The notes below the pieces were generated by a model. That model saw only the letters and a program-made list of their open reading frames with translations. It was not told the origin of the DNA and ran no database searches. A stretch of 64,000 bases of DNA from Clostridiales bacterium (GTDB taxonomy: Bacteria; Bacillota; Clostridia; Christensenellales; Borkfalkiaceae): contig SVIT01000002.1 of assembly GCA_015069365.1 (NCBI GenBank), positions 1,235 to 65,234 on the forward strand. The letters run 5' to 3'. The number at the start of each line of letters is the position of its first letter. Within the stretch, counting starts at the first letter, position 1. Shown here piece by piece: positions 40,682 through 49,600 of this stretch. Position numbers and translations under genes: made by a program.

Positions 40682-43492
40682 ATGAAAAATTTCCATATTT
40701 ATTTTGCTTATCCTTGGGCATTGTTGGCGCTTGTATTAGCGGTTGTGCTCACGTTGATACCTTATTTCAGATTATCCAAAAGATACAGAAAAACGCGTAA
40801 CCGTATCACTTCCATTGTATTGCATTTGATTGTAATGACTTTGGCGATCGTTACGTTGGCAGGAATAGAATTCCGTTATCAAATTCCCAACGAAAACAAT
40901 GAGATTATCTTACTTGTCGACGTGTCGGATACCGAAGAAACGGTGGTGGACGAAAGAGACGCTTTCGTCAGATACGTGATCGAGGATGCAAAACATGATA
41001 ATTTCAGGGTAGGTATCGTAACGTTTGGGTACGACTACGAATACGCTGTACCTTTGACTAATGAGTTGGACGGGATATACGATCAGTACTTGAATGCGGC
41101 AAGTCCCGACACCACGGCAACGAACGTTGCGGGTGCACTTGAATATGCGAAAACGTTATTCAACAATCCCGAAACGAGCAAGATCGTTCTCATCACCGAT
41201 GGTAGAGAAACGGACAGAGAAATGACCAACGTTGTGCGCGCGATTTCTGCGCAAGGCACGAAAGTTGACGTGGCGCATATCGGCGAAGGATTCGACAATG
41301 CTGACGTACAGTTGATGGGAGTGGAAATGCCTTCCCACCATATTGCACAGAACGAAGAATGTACCGTTATGCTCAATGTACAAAGTACCGTGGCGACTTC
41401 GGTCAGCATCAGGCTTACCGATAACGGCGAGACGGCGAATGAAGTGACCGTGGATTTGAACAATTCTGGTATGCAAACCGTTCCGTTTGCACACACCTTC
41501 ATCAAAAAAGGATTGCATGAATTGAAGTTCGAAGTCACGCAAATTGCTTTTGACGGCTTGGAACAAAACAACGCATACACCACCTATTTTTCGTTGGAAG
41601 TATTCAATAAGATATTAGTTCTTGAATCGGTTCAAGGTACTTCTGAGGCCTTGATTACCATGCTCAATGAAGGCAACGAAACGCCTTACGAAGTGACGAC
41701 GATGAGTATTCAAGACGAGGAACTTCCCGAATCGGCTGCACAGCTTTGCGCATATGATCAGGTTGTTTTGAACAATATTGCAAACAAAGATCTCCCTGAG
41801 AATTTTGCAGAAGTATTAAAATCCTACGTTTCTGAATACGGCGGCGGTTTGTTCACCGCAGGCGGTGATAAAGCTTATGACCGTTCGGATATGTATGGTA
41901 CTCTTTATCAAGAAATGTTGCCCGTGCAGGCAATCAACTATACACCTCCCGTTGCCGTAATGATCGTACTCGATACCTCTGGGTCTATGAGTACGGAAGA
42001 TAACTACGGCGCAAACAAGCTCGACTGGGCAAAAGCGGGTGCGGCGTCCTGTTTGAACAGCTTGACCGAACGCGACTACGTAGGTATTATGACCCTTGAA
42101 TCGGTCGAATCGACCATTCTCGACTTGACGCCTCGTACGCAGGAATCTCGTATTCTCGCGGCGATCAACTCACTTGAAGAAGCAAACGGCGGTACGATTT
42201 GGACGGGTGCTATCGATCGTGCGGGGAAATCTCTCCGTACTATGAAAGACGTAGCAAAACGTCATATTATCGTCATCACCGACGGTGCAATCGGCGAAGA
42301 TCCCTCAAACTACGAAGGTATCATCAAAGAGTATTATGAAAACGATGGCACGACGCTTTCCGTTGTCGGGGTAGATATGGCGACTGGCGGTAAAGAATAC
42401 GATGAAATGTTGCAAGCAACGCAATGGGGCGGCGGTCAGCTTTACGTTACCTCTGCCGATCAGTTGATCAACAAACTTCGTGACGATTTGACGGCACCTG
42501 CTATTAAACAAGTCAACTACGGCACGTTTAAGCCCATGGCGTACAATATGGCGTCTCCTCTTTTGAAGGGGGTAGGTATGGGCGAAGGCGGTGAAGCGAA
42601 CCGTATCAATGCTACCTTGGAAGGTTTCTACGGTGTAAAAGTGCGTACGGATGCAGAACTCGTTTTGACGGGTGATTACAACGTACCCATCTATGCACAG
42701 TGGGCGTATGGCGAAGGTATGGTCGGCAGCTTCATGTGCGACTTGCAGGCAAGTACTTGGTCTAGCGGCTTTATGGCAGACGCAAACGGTAGAAAGTTCT
42801 TGAGAAATGCAATCAATAACTTGATGCCCAGTGAAGATATTCGTCCTAGCCAGATTGCATATGAAATGACTGAAGACAACTATACCAATCAGTTGAGCGT
42901 ATTCTCCGAATTGAAAGACGGCGAATATATCAAAGGCGAAATCGTCGAATATATCGACGGTGCTGAAGGGGATAGAATTTCTCTGAATGAAATCACACCG
43001 GGCAACGCACAAGCGCTTCGTGAAGCGGACGTTTACGTGACTCTGCCCATGTCTTCGGCAAACGGGTACAGCCGTTGCGACTTTGTTGTAAGAAAGAATG
43101 GCACGTATAAGATCGTGTTGACGAAATACAACAAGGACGGAAAAATTGTTAAGAATGCAAGCGGTGAAGATGTTGTCACGGAAGTATACAAATCGTTTGC
43201 ATACTCTGAAGAATACGACGTATATTCGGAAGACACTGCGGAAGTGATCAGCAAGAAGCTGGCAACGGTTGCAGAACGCGGTCAAGGCGCAGTGATTGAA
43301 GACCTGAACAATCCTTCGGAAGTATTCAACGGATTTGTAACGGCAATTGATAAATCGTTTGATCCCAGATTCTTGTTTATGATCATCGCAATCGTATTGT
43401 TCCTTGGGGATATTGCGGTTCGTAAGTTCAAATTCAAGTGGCCTCACGAGATCATTCGCGACTACAAACAAAAGAAAAACTTAAAGAAATAA
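40682..43492 (+). CDS. Membrane protein with BatA-like N-terminus, two vWA domains and a C-terminal TM
   Basis: AAGGAG SD. N-terminus FAYPWALLALVLAVVLTLIPYF. First vWA has LLVDVSDTE (DxSxT). Second vWA has IVLDTSGSMS (DxSxS). C-terminal TM FLFMIIAIVLFLGDIAV. Confidence 0.75.
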   Translation: MKNFHIYFAYPWALLALVLAVVLTLIPYFRLSKRYRKTRNRITSIVLHLIVMTLAIVTLAGIEFRYQIPNENNEIILLVDVSDTEETVVDERDAFVRYVIEDAKHDNFRVGIVTFGYDYEYAVPLTNELDGIYDQYLNAASPDTTATNVAGALEYAKTLFNNPETSKIVLITDGRETDREMTNVVRAISAQGTKVDVAHIGEGFDNADVQLMGVEMPSHHIAQNEECTVMLNVQSTVATSVSIRLTDNGETANEVTVDLNNSGMQTVPFAHTFIKKGLHELKFEVTQIAFDGLEQNNAYTTYFSLEVFNKILVLESVQGTSEALITMLNEGNETPYEVTTMSIQDEELPESAAQLCAYDQVVLNNIANKDLPENFAEVLKSYVSEYGGGLFTAGGDKAYDRSDMYGTLYQEMLPVQAINYTPPVAVMIVLDTSGSMSTEDNYGANKLDWAKAGAASCLNSLTERDYVGIMTLESVESTILDLTPRTQESRILAAINSLEEANGGTIWTGAIDRAGKSLRTMKDVAKRHIIVITDGAIGEDPSNYEGIIKEYYENDGTTLSVVGVDMATGGKEYDEMLQATQWGGGQLYVTSADQLINKLRDDLTAPAIKQVNYGTFKPMAYNMASPLLKGVGMGEGGEANRINATLEGFYGVKVRTDAELVLTGDYNVPIYAQWAYGEGMVGSFMCDLQASTWSSGFMADANGRKFLRNAINNLMPSEDIRPSQIAYEMTEDNYTNQLSVFSELKDGEYIKGEIVEYIDGAEGDRISLNEITPGNAQALREADVYVTLPMSSANGYSRCDFVVRKNGTYKIVLTKYNKDGKIVKNASGEDVVTEVYKSFAYSEEYDVYSEDTAEVISKKLATVAERGQGAVIEDLNNPSEVFNGFVTAIDKSFDPRFLFMIIAIVLFLGDIAVRKFKFKWPHEIIRDYKQKKNLKK

Positions 43493-43514
43493 AATACGGA
43501 AAGAAATGTACACC

Positions 43515-43545
43515 TCGCGACCATAGGGAGCACCCATGGTCGCGA
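43515..43545 (+). other. 13-bp stem hairpin without T-tract (not a canonical terminator)
   Basis: TCGCGACCATaGGG pairs with CCCATGGTCGCGA, with one bulged A and an AGCA loop. It is followed by non-U-rich sequence. It lies between the vWA gene and the next LRR gene, which has no recognisable promoter of its own. Confidence 0.6.
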
Positions 43546-43596
43546 TGAAACAGAAAATTCGGCAGACGTTCAAGATTTAAGGAGGACGTAGACTAT

Positions 43597-46446
43597 ATGA
43601 AAAAGCTGAAATTTTTCGTTGCGGTCTTATTATCCGTATGCACGTGTTTGGCAATGTGTTTATTTGTCGGGTGTAAAGACTTTGAGCTTTCCACTCCCAC
43701 GAACGTTCAGGTGGATTTGAATCATAAATTGACCTGGGACGAGGTGGAAGACGCGCGCAGTTACGTGGTAGAAATCAAAGACGAAAACGGCGAATTAGTG
43801 GACAATAAAAAAGAGAAGAGAGAATATTCCTCCCTCAAGAACCTGGCGGTGGGGAAATACCTCATCCGCGTTAAGGCGGTAGGTTCTCAAGATGGGGCAG
43901 AATCCGATTGGTCCGCGGCGTTCGAGTTTGACCGCCCTTATGAAACGGGTTGCGTCTATACGCTCGTAAACAATACGGAATATCACATTACGGGGGCAGG
44001 GTCTGCTTCTGGTGACATCGTTATTGAAGATTTTTACAGAAACAAGCCTGTCACGGCGATTGCGGAGAATGCATTTAAAGGCAACGGCCGCGTTACGAGC
44101 GTCGTGCTTGGCAATCAAATCAAAACCATTGGTAAAAACGCTTTTTACAGATGTGAAAATCTTACCTCTATTACGATTCCTGACAGCGTGACGACAATCG
44201 GTCCGCAAGCGTTCCAGCGCTGCGTATCTTTGACGGAAATTTCCATCCCTGACAGCGTGACGATTATCGATGAATATATGTTTGCATATTGCCGTGCGTT
44301 GACGAAAGTGAAATTCAGTCAAAATCTGCAATACATCGGCGAAGGCGCCTTTACCGACTGTTCGGGGATAACCTCTTACGAGCTTCCTGCCTCGTTGATG
44401 CTGATCGGGCCGTATGCTTTCGCTGCAAACACCAAACTCGAATCGGTTAAAATCGGTAAAAACGTGCAGCAGATCGGAGATTTTGCATTCCAGCTTTGTG
44501 CGGCGCTTAATAAGGTCGAATTTGCGGCAGACAGCAACTTATCGTATATCGGCCAACGTACTTTCTACAACGACGCTGAACTGAAGAGTATCACGATTCC
44601 TGGAAAAGTTACCAAAATCGACAATCAGGCATTCTTGAACTGCAGCAAGCTCGAGACGGTGAATTTGCCCGCAAGTTTGTCCTCTCTCGGCAGCGACGTA
44701 TTCAGGTCAACCGCAATTGTGGGTAAACAGGAAGAAGCAAAAGCAGAGGTTTACTACGTAGGGAATTGGATCGTCGGTTGCGACGCGCAAAATCTTTACG
44801 ATAAGATCGACGTCATTGCAACGGAAGAAAACGAGTCTTATGATAAGACGTTGATCATCAGCCCGAATACGGTGGGTATTGCGGCTTATGCATTCCGCGC
44901 GTTTGAAAAATTGACGTTGGTGAATATGCCTACCTCGGTTAAGTATATCGGTGCTTACGCATTTGCACAGTGTGAAAATCTTTCGAGTGTAACCGTACCT
45001 GGGTGCAAGGTAATTGATGATTACGCGTTTGTATTATGTCCCGTTTTGGCGACGTTTGCACAATGCTCCAACCTTGAAGAGATCGGGGATTATGCATTCT
45101 ATGGCTGTTCGCGTATGAGCCGTTTTAACAACAATGCGGATCTTCCCAACTTAAGATCGATCGGTATGTTCGCGTTCAATAGAACGGCAATTTGGAACAA
45201 TACAACGGAAGCAACGAACAACGTGGTCTACGTTGGTAATTGGATAGTAGGCGCAACGACAGGTATTACCGAGTTGCAGATTGATCCGAAAACGGTCGGG
45301 ATTGCGGATTTCGCATTTTACCAGAACGTGAGATTGAATACGGCAAACCTCGCTGGTCTTAACCTGAAATATATCGGAACGGGTGCGTTCTATGAATGTA
45401 TTTCGCTCATGAACGTACAGTTCGGCGCAAACTTGACTACGATTGAAGATTACACCTTCTACAATTGTCTGAAGTTGAGTTTCCTCGGTGGATATCTGAA
45501 CAATTTGAAGACGATCGGCAGATCTGCTTTCTACAATTGTGCGAGCTTGTTAGAGTTGGATTTGAGCATCGCAACGAATTTTGAATCGGTTGGCCAGTAT
45601 GCATTCTACGGCTGTACTTCGCTTGAGAAAGTGAATTTGGGGAACACAGTTAAAACCTTGAATAACTACGCGTTCTATCGCTGTGAAGGATTAAAGGAAA
45701 TCGTATTCCCCGATTCTTTACAAGCGATCGGCAACAGAGCGTTTTACAAGAATATTGCACTGGAAAACGTGACGTTTGGAAACGGATTGGTTTCCATTGG
45801 CCAGTATGCGTTCTCTGGTTGTGAATCACTCAAGGCAATCAATCTTCCCGACAGCTTACGTTATATTGACGCTAGCGCTTTCTACAAGTGTGTTGCGGTG
45901 GAAAACGTAGAATTTGGGAGCAGCTTACAATATATCGGTTCTTATGCATTCTACGGCATTCCCAGCGTAGAGAAGTTGCAGCTTCCCGAAACGGTGGAAT
46001 ACATCGGTTCTTATGCGTTTAAGGGTTGGAACGGACTGCAGTCCATTCTCATTAGCGGCGATATCGATTTCATCGGCGATCACGTTTTCTATGGCTGTAA
46101 ACAAGCGACCGTTTATACATCCGCAACGAAGCCTAATGACGATAAGGCGGAAGGCGCAGCGCTTTGGAGTCCGAAGTTCAATTCTTCGCACCGTCCCATC
46201 GTTTGGGGCTGTACCTTGTCGGAAGACGAATCCTACGTGGAGAGCGTTACGATTACCAAAGAAACCTTTGAAAACGATAAGGCAAACGGAGGTTTTACAG
46301 CACCTGAAAGAGAGGGGTATACCTTCAAAGGTTGGGCGATAGCGAAAGGCGGCAGCGTGGTATTTTCCGCGGCGGATATCCAAAAAGCTGGCGTAGGGGC
46401 TACCCTCTATGCGGTATGGGAAATCGCGGAGCCTGTGGTTGAGTAA
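43597..46446 (+). CDS. 949-aa surface lipoprotein: Fn3-like module, BspA-type LRR array and a C-terminal Listeria-Bacteroides repeat
   Basis: AAGGAGG SD. Lipobox LFVGC|K. LTWDEVEDARSYVVEI Fn3-like unit, then about 30 LRR units, then a C-terminal GYTFKGWAIAKGG...LYAVWE. Confidence 0.85.
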   Translation: MKKLKFFVAVLLSVCTCLAMCLFVGCKDFELSTPTNVQVDLNHKLTWDEVEDARSYVVEIKDENGELVDNKKEKREYSSLKNLAVGKYLIRVKAVGSQDGAESDWSAAFEFDRPYETGCVYTLVNNTEYHITGAGSASGDIVIEDFYRNKPVTAIAENAFKGNGRVTSVVLGNQIKTIGKNAFYRCENLTSITIPDSVTTIGPQAFQRCVSLTEISIPDSVTIIDEYMFAYCRALTKVKFSQNLQYIGEGAFTDCSGITSYELPASLMLIGPYAFAANTKLESVKIGKNVQQIGDFAFQLCAALNKVEFAADSNLSYIGQRTFYNDAELKSITIPGKVTKIDNQAFLNCSKLETVNLPASLSSLGSDVFRSTAIVGKQEEAKAEVYYVGNWIVGCDAQNLYDKIDVIATEENESYDKTLIISPNTVGIAAYAFRAFEKLTLVNMPTSVKYIGAYAFAQCENLSSVTVPGCKVIDDYAFVLCPVLATFAQCSNLEEIGDYAFYGCSRMSRFNNNADLPNLRSIGMFAFNRTAIWNNTTEATNNVVYVGNWIVGATTGITELQIDPKTVGIADFAFYQNVRLNTANLAGLNLKYIGTGAFYECISLMNVQFGANLTTIEDYTFYNCLKLSFLGGYLNNLKTIGRSAFYNCASLLELDLSIATNFESVGQYAFYGCTSLEKVNLGNTVKTLNNYAFYRCEGLKEIVFPDSLQAIGNRAFYKNIALENVTFGNGLVSIGQYAFSGCESLKAINLPDSLRYIDASAFYKCVAVENVEFGSSLQYIGSYAFYGIPSVEKLQLPETVEYIGSYAFKGWNGLQSILISGDIDFIGDHVFYGCKQATVYTSATKPNDDKAEGAALWSPKFNSSHRPIVWGCTLSEDESYVESVTITKETFENDKANGGFTAPEREGYTFKGWAIAKGGSVVFSAADIQKAGVGATLYAVWEIAEPVVE

Positions 46447-46496
46447 TCAGCTGTATAATCTAAATTCAAGATTTTTTAAAAACGAATGAAATTCAT

Positions 46497-46526
46497 TTTA
46501 CAAATGAATACAAAAAATGTTATAAT
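46497..46526 (+). promoter_or_regulatory. Sigma-A type promoter with extended -10
   Basis: TTTACA at 46497-46502, 18-nt spacer, TGtTATAAT at 46518-46526. The leader to ATG 46638 is about 105 nt. Confidence 0.65.
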
Positions 46527-46637
46527 AGTATGATGGGTAAAATGGTTATTTCAAGATAAATGAGTAGGCGGTGCCGTAGCGAAAGCTGCGGCTACGGAAC
46601 TCCTCCGATCGCCTCTCATCTCATCAAGGAGAGTCAT

Positions 46638-49600
46638 ATGAAAGGACAAAAAATTAACGTAACAGAAAAAGAAACTGTTTTAAAGAAGAGTAAGAGCAAA
46701 TTGCTTGCATCGGTTGCAAGCGGTTTGTTCGGCGCGGCGCTTATTGCAGGTTCGTTATTTGCAGTGGGTTGTAGCGACGATTCTTCGGATAAAGTTAAAT
46801 ACGTGTTTAATACGATGGGCGGCGCGTCCATTTCCGATGTGGAAGTGGATCTCGGCGCAGAATACACTCTTCCCATTCCCGAACAGAGAGAAGGATTCTT
46901 ATTCGAGGGTTGGTACACGACGGAAACGTTCGACGGTTTCCCCGTAACCACGGTAGAGGCGCAGGCAAATCAGACGTATTATGCAAAATGGACGCAGCTT
47001 TCTCAAATTACTTTGGAGTTGGACGGCGGTACGCTTGCACAGACGAAGCTGTATTTGAAAGCTGGCGAAAATTTGTATGCGTTTATGCAGGACTATCAGC
47101 CCACGAAAGAGGGTTTGACTTTCGGCGGTTGGTTCAACGGTAACAATGCTTTGACGGCTACTACGAAAATGCCTCAAGACGGCATTACCCTTACTGCGAA
47201 GTATAAGGTAAGCTATACCGTAGAAGTCTACATGCAGGATTTGGAAAATTCGGCTACATATTCGCTCAGCGAAAAATATACGGTGACTGGCAGTGATTTT
47301 GTTGGTAAAACCGTTGTATCCGAAAAGCCTGAAGTGGAAGGTTGCGAGGAAAACGCAACGCACGCGGACAGAGTGGTTACCAAAACGCTTAGCGCAACTT
47401 CCAGTGAAAACGTATTCAAATATTATTTTGACAGACGCGTATGCAACGTTACGTTTGTTGTCCGTTATCCCGACGGTACGAGCGGTGAGGAAATCACCGT
47501 TACGAAAAAGTATGGGGAATACATCAAAGACGCACCCGATACGTATACGGCAGAAGGATACTGCTTGATCGGTTGGGGGGAACTTGGTGCGGAAGTACCG
47601 ACGTATGAAGTATATGCGGTGGACAAAGCGCTCCAAAACGGCGACGGCACGCAAAGAGCTCCTCAAGAATTCACGCCGACAGGCGATATCGTTTTGTACA
47701 GTGTATGGGCAAAAGGGTATACCGATATGTTCAGCGGGGACGATTACCTGTTCTTCCTTGACAAGGCTGAAGACGGGGAGTTGGATAAAACGACCATTTA
47801 TTTGTCCCGCGGTAATCAATTCTTCAAAGGAAAATATTTTGAGAATATGAACGTGTTCTTCTTCTATGACACGGAAGATACGACGAAGATCATTCTCAAC
47901 GGTAAGCTGTATGACAATAACAAGTTTGCGTATACCAGCACCAAGAGAAGCCAGAAAACTGCGTTCATGTACACGATGGGCGTCGGAACGGACGAAAGCA
48001 TCTTCCTCAAGTTTGACGAAACCAACGGTATCACCTACGTGAACAACGGTGATGAAACGAAGGGTACGCAGCAGATGAACGAAGACGGCGAATACGTTGC
48101 AGACTTTACGGGGGCAACGGAGGGCATGCTGAAAGGTCAAAAGCTTACATTCCTGCTCGGTACGTTTAACGATAAACCCGCGTTTATTCCTTTAAATAAA
48201 GAAGAAGTGGACTATGGTACGTTGAAGAGATTCTACTTCAACGACGAAGAAAAGAAATTGGAAACGTATGCTAACGGTTTTGGCGATATCACGCTTGACG
48301 GTTACGGCAATGCAACGTATAACAACGGTTCGCAGCTTGCGCCATATTATTATACTCGTGAAGGAGACGTTATCACGCTGACGTCGCAATACGGCGGCTT
48401 GTTCGGTAAAGCAATCCTTACGGAGAATAAGGGTGTAAAGGGCTACGTGTTATATACCCAGTGGCAGGACAGAGAATTCCAGATCGACGGCGCGAAACTG
48501 GTGCTTGACGGCGGTATCAAAGCGACCTATACGGCTGCTGATGGTACGACGGTAGACGGTTACTACAAAGCAGTAGAATCCCTTTTTGAGGGGTACGTAA
48601 TCGAAGTTGATACCAACGACGATCAAAAATTCACCTTTATCATTAAAAATATTCAGTTCAACGACGACGGCACGTTAAAGGATTTTGATGTTAAAAAAGT
48701 TCTGAATTCCTATGCGGAATACCGTTATCTTGCCGATGGCAGAGTGTACAACGCAGCTGCAATCGTTATCGATGAAACGAAAGAGGGTTGGCTGTCGCTC
48801 TACGGATTCAATTCCCGTTTGAACGAATTTGTAAAAGTTTCCGAAGGTCCTTACCGTAAGGATTCGACGAGCGAAAAAGATCCCTATTATTATTATGAAG
48901 TAGAAAATGCTGCAAGCGGTGTAGAAGGTATTATTTCCTTGCCTGGGCATGAAAACAAGGTAACGCCTGCGGATATTCAATCCTTCGTGTTCGCATTGGA
49001 CAGCGAAACGACGGCGTACAGCCTTTTCTATTGGAAATCTTCCGTAATGACAGGCAACGTCAACAAGGAATACGTTGAAGAATATACTTGTGAATGCGAC
49101 AAGGCGGACTGTGAAGCTTCGTTGAAATTGGTGGGCGGGTTTGCTTACTACACGACACAAGACGGTGTGTCCGTATCCGGTGCATACGGTACGTTTGAAG
49201 ACGCAACGTATATCGTGATTCTTACGAGCAGTATCGCGGGTAACGTAAATTACTACGTAGATCTCGATCAGGACAACAAAACGTTTATTCCTCTGGAATA
49301 CCAACCTTACACGGCGTATTTGTATGATGAATTCGGCGATTTCAGTGTCGAAGAAGACGCTGTAAAATTGATCTTCGACGGTAAGGGCAACGCAACCTAC
49401 GTGGATCAGAACGGCAATCCTGTGCCTGGTAAGGTACGCGTGACCGATAACAAGACGGGCAACGTAAGCATTTCTGAATTTAAGGCGGACGATAATTCGA
49501 TCACCTTTAATTATATCGGCGGATTGAGTGTAGGCGGCAACAGCGCGTTCCTCCTTTACAACGAGAGCGTTAACGGCGAATACGAATATAAGAAGGATAA

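Noticed and set aside
46560-46637. N-terminal extensions in the ORF track (46560, 21470, 3586, 8585, 5937, 13114, 10024, 410).
   Set aside because: Internal ATG or GTG codons with proper SD spacing give canonical N-termini (signal peptides, the GpsA Rossmann start, the NadD GxFxPxH start). The extensions overlap upstream genes, promoters or leaders.
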